Of a DNA stretch of 64,000 nucleotides, positions 23,679-40,550 are shown one piece after another. The stretch lies in the NCBI RefSeq assembly GCF_050920415.1, contig NZ_CP169309.1. One strand, 5' to 3'. A program made the translations under genes and the position numbers. This DNA is from Escherichia coli. GTDB taxonomy: Bacteria > Pseudomonadota > Gammaproteobacteria > Enterobacterales > Enterobacteriaceae. Positions within the stretch are counted from its first letter, which is position 1, and each line of letters opens with the position of its first letter. The notes beneath the pieces are model-generated. The model was given only the letters and a program-made list of their open reading frames with translations. It ran no database searches and was not told the origin of the DNA.

Positions 23679-24164
23679 TTATTTAACCTGTTTCAGTACG
23701 TCAGCAGTGATGTCTTTTACATCGCTGCTGTTGTAAGCAACGGCGTTTGCATCAACAACCAGATCGATATCCTGGCTGTTGGCAACGGATTTCACAGCAG
23801 TCTGGATACGAGTAACCAGTTTGCCGCGTTCTTCGTTGGAACGACGAGCGCGATCCTGCTCAAAAGCCTGCGCTTTCTGAGCAAAAGTCTGGCGCTGAGC
23901 CATCACGTCTTTTTCCAGTTTGGTACGATCGCTGCCCGCTTTCATGGACTGCAGCTTTTTCATTTTAGCCTGCAGATCGGTTTCCATACGCTGCAGTTCG
24001 CTGGCACGGCCTTTGAACTCATTTTCCAGCGTGTTAGAAACACCGGTTTTCTGCGCTACCTGCTGGAACAGGCTGCCCATATTGACGATTGCAATTTTGT
24101 CAGCCGCCTGAGCAGAAGTTGCCAGTGCTAAACCGAGACCTGCAGCTAATAACCACTTTTTCAC
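23679..24164 (-). CDS. skp: Periplasmic chaperone Skp
   Basis: 161-aa ORF with signal peptide [20 protein letters not shown]. Confidence 0.96.
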   Translation of the reverse strand: MKKWLLAAGLGLALATSAQAADKIAIVNMGSLFQQVAQKTGVSNTLENEFKGRASELQRMETDLQAKMKKLQSMKAGSDRTKLEKDVMAQRQTFAQKAQAFEQDRARRSNEERGKLVTRIQTAVKSVANSQDIDLVVDANAVAYNSSDVKDITADVLKQVK

Positions 24165-24285
24165 AATAAACTCCTTACCATCCCATTTGCACCGGAGGGT
24201 GCAGTTCTTTGCGTGGCCCGGCGATCTTATATTGATCGCCTAAAGTCATCGCTACACTACCACTACATTCCTTTGTGGAGAACAC

Positions 24286-26736
<2,451 letters not shown>

Positions 26737-26747
26737 CTAACTAACTC

Positions 26748-28100
26748 TCATAACCGAGAGAAATCATTGAAAAGTGCAAGCCCCATTAACAGCACCAGCA
26801 AAATCGAGCCAATGCGATAACAAAAGTCTTGAACCCGCTCGGATACCGGTCCGCCCTTGATCTTTTCGATCGCAAGGAACAGCAGATGCCCCCCGTCAAG
26901 TACGGGCAACGGAAACAGGTTAATTATCCCTAAGTTCACGCTAATGAGCGCAAGAAACGGCAGGTAATAAACAACCCCGAGTTCCGCTGTCATCCCAGCC
27001 CCCTTGGCGATAGAGATCGGCCCACTGAGGTTGTTCAGTTTCACATCACCGGTGATCAATTTTCCCAGCATACTGACCGTCAGCTTCATCAGCTGCCACG
27101 TTTTGTCCGTGGCTTCGACGATAGCGTTGAACGGCCCATACTGGCGTACAACTTTATACTCATCTGGCAAAGGAATGACTTTCGGCTCAATACCGACAAA
27201 ACCAATCGCTTTACCATTACCCGGTTTACTCTCCGGGATTAATGTCAAAGACAAGGGACTCCCCTGTCTTTCGATTTCTAACGCTAAGGATTTACCCGGG
27301 TTATCCCGGACAAGCATCACAAAGGTCACCCACTGCGTTAAGGGCTGACCATCGACTTTAACGATCCTGTCGCCTGCTTGCAAACCTGCCTTGCTTGCGG
27401 CCGAGTTTGGCTGCACATTTTCCAGTACAGGTTCAATTTGCGGGCCACGAGGACGAATCCCCAGCGAAGATACCGGATCTTCTTTATCAGGCTCAAACGC
27501 CCAGTGACGTAAATCGAGCTTTACATCCCGTCGTTGGTCGCTGCCAAATGGCGCTACCGTAATGGTGGTGCTTTCATCGCCAATTTTATCGACCAACTGC
27601 AAACGCACGGCATCCCAATCAGGCGTTTCGATACCATCTACGGCTTTTAGTTCCGTACCTGGTGCAATTTGTGCTTCCGCAGCTATCGAATTGGCTGCTA
27701 TTTCGCCAACCACCGGACGTACGCCAGGCACACCAATAATAAAAACCAGCCAGTAGGCAAAGATAGCAAAAATGAAGTTTGCAACCGGACCTGCGGCAAT
27801 AATCGCCGCACGTTGGCCGACAGATTTATTATTGAAGGCATGGTGGCGGAGTTCCGGAACAACCGGTTCTGCGCGCTCATCCAGCATTTTGACATAACCG
27901 CCCAACGGGATCAGGGCGATGACATATTCGGTGCCTAGCTTATCAGTTCGGCGCCAGAGCGCCTTGCCAAAACCTATTGAGAAACGCTCAACGCGAACAC
28001 CACAACGCCGGGCAACCCAGAAATGACCAAATTCATGCACGGTGATAAGTACACCCAGTGCAACGATGAACGAAGCCAAATCCCAGAGAAAACTCAGCAT
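26748..28100 (-). CDS. rseP: Regulated intramembrane protease RseP (site-2 protease)
   Basis: 450-aa protein [13 protein letters not shown]... with HEFGH zinc motif. The track ORF is extended 15 codons upstream. Confidence 0.95.
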
Positions 28101-28111
28101 ATTACCTTCCG

Positions 28112-28969
28112 TTAAAGCGTCCTGAATACCAGTAACAACAAGCAAGCAAAGACCGGTACCGCAGCCGTCAGACTATCAATACGATCTAAAATACCACCGT
28201 GTCCTGGAATTAAATGACCGCTGTCCTTAATTCCTGCTTCACGCTTAAACATACTCTCGGTCAGATCGCCGAGCACTGAGGCTAACGCTGCGACAATAGA
28301 GCAAATGAGTAAGGTGACGGGAGCGACGTCGAGATTCGCCCACATGCCATAACCCCATGAGATTACCGCTGCAGTCGCGAGTCCACCGATAAAGCCTTGC
28401 CAGGTTTTACCCGGAGAAACCTTCGGTGCCAGCTTATGTTTACCAAACAATTTGCCAAACATATATGCGCCAGAGTCAGCGCCCCATACCAGGATCATGA
28501 CATAGAGCAGCCATATTGCGCCACTGTAATGATTCTCGTCGTAGTGCCAGGCCCGTAACGCCAGCATGCCCCAGAAGAAGGGAACAATGGTTAGCACGCC
28601 AAAAATAATGCGCAATGTTTTAGAGTTACGCCAGATTGCTGCGGAACCTGGGTAAAACAGCACCAGCAATAGCGCGACAATCCACCAACCCAGCGAAGCC
28701 CAAAGTGAGATTTCAACCAGCGGTTGATGAATATTTCGGTGATATTCCGGCAACAGAAAAAGCATCAGCGCCAACAATAACCCACATAACACCGCCAACC
28801 ATACTCGCTGCGAGCGAGTGGTAAAACCGCTAAGCTGTCCCCATTCCCACGCTGCCAGCATGCAGACCACCAGCGTTACAATGGCGAACCCCACCGGCGG
28901 CAACAGAAACAACGCCGCGATGACGACGGGTATTAACACAAAAGCAGATATCAGGCGATACTTCAGCAA
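28112..28969 (-). CDS. cdsA: Phosphatidate cytidylyltransferase (CDP-diglyceride synthase)
   Basis: 285-aa polytopic membrane [24 protein letters not shown].... Confidence 0.95.
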
Positions 28970-28981
28970 AAGCGACCCCCA

Positions 28982-29743
28982 TCAGGCTGTTTCATCACCG
29001 GGCTCGGTGCCGCCGAAACGACGCTCTCGATTAGCAAAGGCATTTAACGCCCCTTCAAAGTCTTGTTCATCGAAATCGGGCCAGAGAACATCTGTAAAGT
29101 AAAGTTCGGCATAGGCAATTTGCCAAAGCAAAAAGTTACTAATGCGATGCTCCCCCCCAGTCCTAATTACTAAATCTACAGGGGCCAGTTCATGCATACA
29201 GACATGCTGGTTTAGCATCTCTTCATCTATCTGATCTGGTTGCAGGTTTCCTTGCTGCACCTTTTCAGCCAGTTGCCTGACTCCCTGGACTATATCCCAA
29301 CGTCCACCGTAGTTCGCCGCAATATTCAGCGTTAGACCGGTATTTCCGGCTGTTAGCGCTTCCGATTTACGAATACGTTCTTGCAAACGCGAGTTAAAGC
29401 GACTGGTATCGCCAATAATACGCAGACGTACGTTATGTCGGTGCAGGCTTTTTACTTCGCTATCGAGCGCCCAAACAAACAGTTCCATTAACGCACTGAC
29501 TTCCTGCGCTGGTCGGTTCCAGTTTTCACTACTAAAGGCATACAGCGTTAACGCCTCAATACCGTTGTTGGCCGCAAAAGAGACAGCCCGGCGGACGGAT
29601 TTTGCCCCGGCTTTATGCCCAAAGGCACGAATCTTCCCTTGCTTTTTTGCCCAGCGACCATTGCCGTCCATAATGATCGCAACATGACGACAGCCATGTA
29701 CTGGCAATTTTTCGCTAAGTGGTTGAGTAGCAGACAACATCAC
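28982..29743 (-). CDS. uppS: Undecaprenyl-diphosphate synthase
   Basis: 253-aa ORF with HVAIIMDGNGRWA motif. Confidence 0.96.
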   Translation of the reverse strand: MMLSATQPLSEKLPVHGCRHVAIIMDGNGRWAKKQGKIRAFGHKAGAKSVRRAVSFAANNGIEALTLYAFSSENWNRPAQEVSALMELFVWALDSEVKSLHRHNVRLRIIGDTSRFNSRLQERIRKSEALTAGNTGLTLNIAANYGGRWDIVQGVRQLAEKVQQGNLQPDQIDEEMLNQHVCMHELAPVDLVIRTGGEHRISNFLLWQIAYAELYFTDVLWPDFDEQDFEGALNAFANRERRFGGTEPGDETA

Positions 29744-29796
29744 GCGTTTCTTATTCCCTGACAGGGTTTACGGTACTCAGGAATACTGAAGCCTAT

Positions 29797-29824
29797 ACAA
29801 AAAAAAGCCGTGTAAAACCACGGC
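29797..29824 (-). terminator. Rho-independent terminator downstream of dxr
   Basis: Minus-strand GCCGTG-GTTTTA-CACGGC hairpin followed by TTTTTTTT. Confidence 0.7.
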
Positions 29825-29928
29825 ATACCTGACCTTATAAAGCCAACTACTTATGGTCAGATGGCGCAGACTATATCACTGAAGCCCTACGCTAACAAAT
29901 AGCACGACTCTCTGTAGCCGGATTATCC

Positions 29929-31125
29929 TCAGCTTGCGAGACGCGTCACCTCTTTTCTGGCGACTTCACGCGCGTTCGTATCAACAGATAACACATCGTC
30001 CACGCATTGTGGTTCGCGCATATCCATTTTTTCCAGTACGGATAAATTCAACGCGGCGATATCCGTAAAGCGGATTTGTTGCGCAAGAAAGGCTGCAACG
30101 GTGATTTCGTTTGCGGCATTCAATGCAGTCGTCGCAGCCTGGCCTTGTTCGAACGCGTCCATTGCCAGTTTAAGGCATGGATAGCGATCATAATCCGGTG
30201 CGGCAAATGTCAACGCACTGAGTTTGCAAAAATCGAGCGGCTTCACACCAGAGTTCACGCGATTCGGCCAGGCCATGGTGTGGGCAATTGGCGTACGCAT
30301 ATCCGGTTCACCCAACTGCGCCAGAACGCTGCCGTCCTGGTAGCGCACCATTGAGTGAATCACTGACTGCGGGTGAATCAGCACTTCCATCTGGCTGGCA
30401 CTGGCGTTAAACAACCAACGCGCTTCAATGTATTCCAGACCTTTGTTCATCATGGTAGCCGAATCGACAGAAATTTTACGCCCCATCGACCAGTTCGGAT
30501 GACGGCAGGCTTGATCCGGCGTCATTATTGCCAAATCGCGCAATGGCGTCTCACGGAAAGGGCCACCAGACCCGGTAAGTAAAATGGACACCACGCCATT
30601 TTGCTCAAGGTCAGCGTATCCCAGATTATGCTGGATAGGTTGCGGTAAACTCTGAAAAATGGCGTTATGTTCGCTATCGACCGGTAACAATTGCGCTTTG
30701 CTCTGCTTTACGGCGTCCATAAACAGACGTCCGCAGGTAACCAGTGATTCTTTATTGGCCAGCAAAATGGTTTTACCCGCGCGGATCGCAGCAAGCGTAG
30801 GTAACAGCCCAGCAGCGCCAACAATGGCTGCCATCACCTGATCAACATCCTCAAGCGCTGCCATATCGCAAGCGGCTTGTTGCCCACTTAAGACTTCGGT
30901 GCGGCTACCCTGTTGCTGTAGCATCGTTTTAAGAAGTTTCGCACTCGCTTCATCGTCCATTACGGCATAGCGGGGAGAGAATTCCAGGCACTGCTCTACC
31001 ATGCGAGTGACATTTTTGCCTGCCACCAGCGCAACTACGCGGAAGTGTTCGGGATTATGGCGCACCACGTCCAGCGTGCTGCAACCAATCGAGCCGGTCG
31101 AGCCCAGAATGGTGAGTTGCTTCAT
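29929..31125 (-). CDS. dxr: 1-deoxy-D-xylulose-5-phosphate reductoisomerase
   Basis: 398-aa [28 protein letters not shown].... Confidence 0.97.
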   Translation of the reverse strand: MKQLTILGSTGSIGCSTLDVVRHNPEHFRVVALVAGKNVTRMVEQCLEFSPRYAVMDDEASAKLLKTMLQQQGSRTEVLSGQQAACDMAALEDVDQVMAAIVGAAGLLPTLAAIRAGKTILLANKESLVTCGRLFMDAVKQSKAQLLPVDSEHNAIFQSLPQPIQHNLGYADLEQNGVVSILLTGSGGPFRETPLRDLAIMTPDQACRHPNWSMGRKISVDSATMMNKGLEYIEARWLFNASASQMEVLIHPQSVIHSMVRYQDGSVLAQLGEPDMRTPIAHTMAWPNRVNSGVKPLDFCKLSALTFAAPDYDRYPCLKLAMDAFEQGQAATTALNAANEITVAAFLAQQIRFTDIAALNLSVLEKMDMREPQCVDDVLSVDTNAREVARKEVTRLAS

Positions 31126-31149
31126 GAAACATCCAGAGTTGAGACAGAG

Positions 31150-31198
31150 TAAAAAGCAAAACGCCGCCAGCCGATCCGCAAGGATCTACTGAGCGGCG
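31150..31198 (-). terminator. Rho-independent terminator downstream of frr
   Basis: Minus-strand GC-rich stem (CGCCGC...GCGGCG with inner GATCC-GCAA-GGATC) followed by TTTTGCTTTTT. Confidence 0.75.
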
Positions 31199-31217
31199 TT
31201 TTTTGTCGTTCAAGAAA

Positions 31218-31775
31218 TCAGAACTGCATCAGTTCTGCTTCTTTGTCTGCCAGCGCCGCTTCAATTTTCTTGATTGCAGCATCAGTCAGTTTCTGTACAT
31301 CGTCCTGAGAACGGCGATCGTCGTCTTCGCTGATCTCTTTATCTTTCAACAGTGCTTTCACTTTGTCGTTCGCGTCACGACGCACGTTGCGTACTGCAAC
31401 ACGCGCTTGCTCTGCTTCACCACGAACGATTTTGGTCAGATCTTTACGACGTTCTTCCGTCAGCGGCGGCAGCGGAACACGGATGTCGCTACCCGCAGAG
31501 TTCGGGTTCAGGCCAAGATCGGACGCCATAATCGCTTTTTCAACGGCCGGAGACATTGAACGATCAAACACGTTGATTTTCAGAGTACGGGAATCTTCTA
31601 CCGTTACGCTTGCCAGCTGACGCAGCGGCGTCGGCGTGCCGTAATATTCCACGACAATGCCATCCAGCAGGCTGGGAGAAGCACGACCCGTGCGTATTTT
31701 GCTGATTTGGGTTTTGAACGCTTCTACGCATTTGTCCATGCGTACTTCAGCATCTTTTCTGATATCGCTAATCAC
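31218..31775 (-). CDS. frr: Ribosome recycling factor
   Basis: 185-aa ORF (M)[20 protein letters not shown]... from a GTG start. Confidence 0.97.
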
Positions 31776-32066
31776 GTTACGAATCCTTGAAAACTTGTCT
31801 CAGTCAGACCAGACAGTCACACACAGTGGAAGTGTGCTAAGTATAGCCCTGATTAAACATATTACGGGTAATCGTCTGGATTATTAGGCTATTTTATTTG
31901 CCATTTTGGCCCCGGGCAGTGCTCGCCATCCTCACGTACTTGTGTACGCTCCGGTTGCTGCGCGCTGGCCGTGACCAAACTGCCTGCAACAATAACGCCT
32001 TATAACCAGACTTACGCCCCCGCGATACTTGTGCGGAATCTTACCCTTATTTATCCATCACGGGAA

Positions 32067-32792
32067 TTATTCCGTGATTAAAGTCCCTTCTTTTTCACCC
32101 ATTACCACACGGCGCAGCGCACCCGGTTTGTTCATGTTGAAAACACGAATCGGTAATTTATGGTCACGAGCCAGCGTGAAGGCCGCCAGGTCCATGACTT
32201 TCAGCTCTTTTTCCAGCACTTCGCTGTAAGTCAGTTGCTCGTACATGGTTGCGGTTGGATCTTTCGCCGGATCAGCGGTAAACACGCCGTCAACTTTGGT
32301 TGCTTTCAGCACCACATCAGCTTCAATTTCGATACCACGCAGGCAAGCTGCTGAGTCGGTGGTAAAGAACGGGTTACCTGTACCGGCGGAGAGGATCACC
32401 ACACGGTTGTTGCGCAACAAGCTGATAGCTTCTGCCCAGCTGTAGCTGTCGCACACGCCATTCAATGGAATAGCGGACATCAGACGAGCGTTCACATAGG
32501 CGCGGTGCAGTGCATCACGCATTGCCAGGCCGTTCATTACGGTCGCCAGCATTCCCATGTGGTCGCCCACAACGCGGTTCATACCCGCTTTCGCCAGACC
32601 AGCGCCACGGAACAGGTTACCCCCACCAATCACCACACCAACCTGAATACCCAGTTCAACCAGTTCTTTGATTTCCTGAGCCATGCGATCCAGTATGCTT
32701 GCATCAATACCGAAGCCTTCCGTGCCCTGCAGAGCTTCGCCACTCAACTTAAGCAGAATGCGTTTATAGACGGGTTTTGCATTGGTAGCCAT
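32067..32792 (-). CDS. pyrH: Uridylate kinase
   Basis: 241-aa [24 protein letters not shown].... Confidence 0.97.
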   Translation of the reverse strand: MATNAKPVYKRILLKLSGEALQGTEGFGIDASILDRMAQEIKELVELGIQVGVVIGGGNLFRGAGLAKAGMNRVVGDHMGMLATVMNGLAMRDALHRAYVNARLMSAIPLNGVCDSYSWAEAISLLRNNRVVILSAGTGNPFFTTDSAACLRGIEIEADVVLKATKVDGVFTADPAKDPTATMYEQLTYSEVLEKELKVMDLAAFTLARDHKLPIRVFNMNKPGALRRVVMGEKEGTLITE

Positions 32793-32899
32793 GTTTCTTT
32801 CCTGAGACTGTCAACGATTGAAATGAATTAATACCGGCGACATTGTACGTCGCTTTTCAGCGCAGCCCCATAAGGGTTAGCTGAATTTACAAGATGGGC

Positions 32900-32926
32900 G
32901 CAAAAAGAAGCCGCCCTCAGGCGGCT
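32900..32926 (-). terminator. Rho-independent terminator downstream of tsf
   Basis: Minus-strand AGCCGCC-TGAG-GGCGGCT hairpin followed by TCTTTTTG. Confidence 0.8.
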
Positions 32927-32938
32927 CCTTTTCGATAA

Positions 32939-33790
32939 TTAAGACTGCTTGGACATCGCAGCAACTTCTGCTGCAAAGTCAGTCTCAACTTTCTCGATGC
33001 CTTCACCTACTTCGAAGCGGATGAAGCCAGTCACTTCAGCGTTATGCTCTTTCAGCAGCTGACCAACAGTTTTGCTTGGTTCCATAACGAACGGCTGACC
33101 GGTCAGAGAAACTTCGCCGGTGAATTTCTTCATGCGGCCTTCAACCATTTTCTCTGCGATTTCTTTCGGCTTACCAGACTGCATCGCGATATCCAGCTGA
33201 ACCTGGTATTCTTTCTCTACCACTTCAGCGGAAACATCTTCCGGTTTGATGAATTCTGGTTTGCTTGCAGCAACGTGCATAGCGATGTGTTTAACCAGCT
33301 CTTCGTCAGCGCCTTTAGCAGCAACCAGAACGCCGATACGCGCACCGTGCTGATAAGAACCCAGAACGTCGCCTTCCAGCGCAGCAACGCGGCGAATGTT
33401 GATGTTTTCACCAATTTTCGCTACCAGCGCAACACGTTCTTCTTCGAACTGTGCTTTCAGAACTTCAACGTCAGTGATTTTGCCAGCAACAGCTGCGTCC
33501 AGAACTTTGTCTGCGAACGCCTGGAAACCAGCGTCTTTTGCAACGAAGTCAGTCTGGCAGTTAACTTCCAGAATGATGCCGTAGTTGCCGTCGATTTTGG
33601 TTTTGATCACGCCGTCAGCAGCAACGTTGCCTGCTTTTTTCGCTGCTTTGATAGCACCGGACTTACGCATGTTTTCGATTGCCAGCTCGATGTCGCCGTT
33701 AGCTTCAGTCAGTGCTTTTTTGCAATCCATCATGCCTGCGCCAGTACGCTCACGCAGCTCTTTTACCAGGGATGCGGTAATTTCAGCCAT
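32939..33790 (-). CDS. tsf: Elongation factor Ts
   Basis: 283-aa [30 protein letters not shown].... Confidence 0.98.
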
Positions 33791-33842
33791 TCTAAAATCC
33801 TCGGAGATGTGATCTGCCCGGCATTAAACCGCACAGATATAA

Positions 33843-33873
33843 AAGTGAAAAAGGGGGCCATATGCAGGCCCCC
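33843..33873 (-). terminator. Intrinsic terminator or attenuator in the rpsB-tsf spacer, ~50 nt upstream of tsf
   Basis: Minus-strand GGGGGCC-TGCATAT-GGCCCCC perfect 7-bp GC stem followed by TTTTTCACTTTT. Confidence 0.8.
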
Positions 33874-34047
33874 TAACCAAACGTGTACTACCTGGTCTAT
33901 AAGGGCTCTCCCCCTTCATATTTCGCGCCGCAGATGCGTTGTCTTCGCTCGCTCATCCCGGTCACTTACTGATGTAAGCTCCCGGGAATTCTCGAGCTTG
34001 CCGCCTTTCTGCAACTCGAACTATTTTGGGGGAGTTATCAAGCCTTA

Positions 34048-34995
<948 letters not shown>

Positions 34996-35140
34996 TCAGA
35001 CGATGAATTTTCTATTATAGAAAACGTTCAGTGGCACGTTTGGCGAAATTCAGAATGATTCTCAATTTGCCCGGGTGTGATACCATTGACGACACTTACA
35101 TATATATTGTCGGTATCACCGACGCTGATGGACAGAATTA

Positions 35141-35935
35141 ATGGCTATCTCAATCAAGACCCCAGAAGATATCGAAAAAATGCGCGTCGCTGGCCGACTG
35201 GCTGCCGAAGTGCTGGAAATGATCGAACCGTATGTTAAACCGGGCGTCAGCACCGGCGAGCTGGATCGCATCTGTAATGATTACATTGTTAATGAACAAC
35301 ACGCGGTTTCTGCCTGCCTCGGCTATCACGGCTATCCGAAATCCGTTTGCATCTCTATTAATGAAGTGGTGTGCCACGGTATCCCGGACGACGCCAAGCT
35401 GCTGAAAGATGGCGATATCGTTAACATTGATGTCACCGTAATCAAAGATGGTTTCCACGGCGACACCTCGAAAATGTTTATCGTCGGTAAGCCGACCATC
35501 ATGGGCGAACGTCTGTGCCGCGTAACGCAAGAGAGTCTTTACCTGGCGCTACGCATGGTAAAACCGGGCATTAATCTGCGCGAAATCGGCGCGGCGATTC
35601 AGAAATTTGTCGAAGCAGAAGGCTTCTCCGTCGTTCGTGAATATTGCGGACACGGTATTGGTCGCGGCTTCCATGAAGAACCGCAGGTGCTGCATTATGA
35701 CTCCCGTGAAACCAACGTCGTGCTGAAGCCGGGAATGACCTTCACCATCGAGCCAATGGTCAACGCGGGTAAAAAAGAGATCCGCACCATGAAAGATGGC
35801 TGGACGGTAAAAACCAAAGATCGCAGCTTGTCTGCACAATATGAGCATACTATTGTGGTGACTGATAACGGCTGCGAAATTCTGACGTTACGCAAGGATG
35901 ACACCATCCCGGCGATAATCTCGCACGACGAATAA
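35141..35935 (+). CDS. map: Methionine aminopeptidase
   Basis: 264-aa ORF MAISIKTPEDIEKMRVAGRLAAEVLEMIEPYVKPG.... Confidence 0.97.
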   Translation: MAISIKTPEDIEKMRVAGRLAAEVLEMIEPYVKPGVSTGELDRICNDYIVNEQHAVSACLGYHGYPKSVCISINEVVCHGIPDDAKLLKDGDIVNIDVTVIKDGFHGDTSKMFIVGKPTIMGERLCRVTQESLYLALRMVKPGINLREIGAAIQKFVEAEGFSVVREYCGHGIGRGFHEEPQVLHYDSRETNVVLKPGMTFTIEPMVNAGKKEIRTMKDGWTVKTKDRSLSAQYEHTIVVTDNGCEILTLRKDDTIPAIISHDE

Positions 35936-35937
35936 GA

Positions 35938-35965
35938 TGAAGCCGGCGAATGCCGGCTTTTTTAA
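35938..35965 (+). terminator. Rho-independent terminator downstream of map
   Basis: AAGCCGGC-GAAT-GCCGGCTT hairpin followed by TTTTTTAAT. Confidence 0.85.
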
Positions 35966-35978
35966 TGCGATAATTTAA

Positions 35979-38669
<2,691 letters not shown>

Positions 38670-38699
38670 TGTGTTTACTGATATGAAAAGAGTTTAACA

Positions 38700-39524
38700 A
38701 TGCAGCAGTTACAGAACATTATTGAAACCGCTTTTGAACGCCGTGCCGAGATCACCCCAGCCAATGCAGACACCGTTACCCGCGAAGCGGTAAATCAGGT
38801 GATCGCCCTGCTGGATTCCGGCGCACTGCGTGTTGCGGAAAAAATTGACGGTCAGTGGGTGACGCATCAGTGGTTGAAAAAAGCGGTGCTGCTCTCTTTC
38901 CGTATTAATGATAATCAGGTGATCGAAGGGGCAGAAAGCCGCTACTTCGACAAAGTGCCGATGAAATTCGCTAACTACGATGAAGCACGTTTCCAGAAAG
39001 AAGGCTTCCGCGTCGTGCCACCAGCGGCAGTGCGTCAGGGCGCGTTCATTGCCCGTAACACCGTGCTGATGCCGTCTTACGTCAACATCGGCGCATATGT
39101 TGATGAAGGCACCATGGTTGATACCTGGGCGACCGTCGGTTCCTGTGCGCAGATTGGTAAAAACGTCCACCTTTCCGGTGGCGTGGGTATCGGCGGCGTG
39201 CTGGAGCCGCTGCAGGCTAACCCGACCATTATTGAAGATAACTGCTTCATCGGCGCACGCTCTGAAGTGGTTGAAGGGGTGATTGTCGAAGAAGGTTCCG
39301 TCATCTCTATGGGCGTATACATTGGTCAGAGCACCCGTATTTACGACCGTGAAACCGGCGAAATCCACTACGGTCGCGTTCCGGCTGGTTCGGTGGTTGT
39401 GTCAGGTAATCTGCCGTCGAAAGATGGCAAATACAGCCTCTACTGTGCGGTTATCGTTAAGAAAGTTGACGCGAAAACTCGCGGCAAAGTCGGCATTAAC
39501 GAACTGCTACGCACCATCGACTAA
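38700..39524 (+). CDS. dapD: Tetrahydrodipicolinate N-succinyltransferase
   Basis: 274-aa [51 protein letters not shown].... Confidence 0.97.
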
Positions 39525-39533
39525 AAGTCAGTA

Positions 39534-39562
39534 CACGGGCAGCATGAAGCTGCCCGTTTTTT
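39534..39562 (+). terminator. Rho-independent terminator downstream of dapD
   Basis: ACGGGCAGC-ATGAA-GCTGCCCGT hairpin followed by TTTTTTT. Confidence 0.85.
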
Positions 39563-39576
39563 TACAGGGATGAATG

Positions 39577-40389
39577 ATGATCACACGCAGGCGTTTTTTA
39601 CAGGCTGCCGCCGCGACGTTAACGGTGAGTTCAGGTTTCGGTTATATGCATTACCTGGAACCCGGCTGGCTTGAATTAAGCCATCACCGCTTCGCCTTTT
39701 TTGAAGAAAAAGCCGCACCATTCAAAATTCTGTTTCTGGCCGATCTCCATTACTCTCGTTTTGTTCCTTTAAGCCTGATTTCTGACGCTATTGTCCTTGG
39801 CGTAGCGCAAAAACCTGATTTGATTTTGCTGGGTGGCGATTATGTTTTATTTGATATGCCGCTGAATTTTTCGGCGTTCAGTGACGTACTCTCTCCCCTT
39901 GCCAAATGTGCACCGACATTTGCCTGTTTTGGCAATCACGATCACCCCGTGGGTACAGAGAAAAATCGCTTAATTGGCGAGGCGTTAAAATCGGCGGGGA
40001 TCACTGTGTTGTTTAACCAGGCAACGGTAATCGCCACATCAAAACGGCAATTTGAACTGGTTGGCACTGGTGATTTATGGGCCGGACAATGCAAACCACC
40101 TCCCGCCAGCGAAGCAAATCTGCCTCGTCTGGTGCTGGCACATAATCCCGACAGCAAAGAAGTCATACGTGATGAACCCTGGGATCTGATGCTGTGCGGC
40201 CATACTCACGGCGGGCAACTGCGCGTACCGTTGGTTGGTGAACCTTTTGCCCCTGTCGAAGATAAACGTTACGTCGCCGGATTAAATGCCTTTGGCGAAC
40301 GACACATCTACACAACCCGTGGCGTGGGCAGTTTGTATGGTTTGCGTCTGAACTGCCGCCCGGAAGTAACGATGCTGGAACTGGTGTAG
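39577..40389 (+). CDS. yaeI: Calcineurin-like metallophosphoesterase with twin-arginine signal peptide
   Basis: 270-aa protein MITRRRFLQAAAATLTVSSG... (RRxFL Tat motif). Metallophosphoesterase motifs ADLHY, GGDYV, GNHD, GHTHGG. Confidence 0.88.
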   Translation: MITRRRFLQAAAATLTVSSGFGYMHYLEPGWLELSHHRFAFFEEKAAPFKILFLADLHYSRFVPLSLISDAIVLGVAQKPDLILLGGDYVLFDMPLNFSAFSDVLSPLAKCAPTFACFGNHDHPVGTEKNRLIGEALKSAGITVLFNQATVIATSKRQFELVGTGDLWAGQCKPPPASEANLPRLVLAHNPDSKEVIRDEPWDLMLCGHTHGGQLRVPLVGEPFAPVEDKRYVAGLNAFGERHIYTTRGVGSLYGLRLNCRPEVTMLELV

Positions 40390-40550
40390 AACGTGAATTT
40401 TATCGCCAGAATAAAGCAGGTAATTTTTTGATTTTTACGCCATGATAGAAGTCTGGAAGAAAAAGGCTTTCTGCGATCACAGTCGAGCCGGGCGGGCCAG
40501 GCCAAATGCTAAAATAAGCACAATTTACTGACTCATTTTGAGGTAACGCT

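Noticed and set aside
33981-33996. Treating the SmaI-EcoRI-XhoI cluster as proof of vector contamination or engineering
   Set aside because: Flanking sequence is continuous native rpsB-tsf spacer with the expected terminator and spacer length, and no vector-like sequence adjoins it. It is kept as a finding to verify rather than called an artefact.
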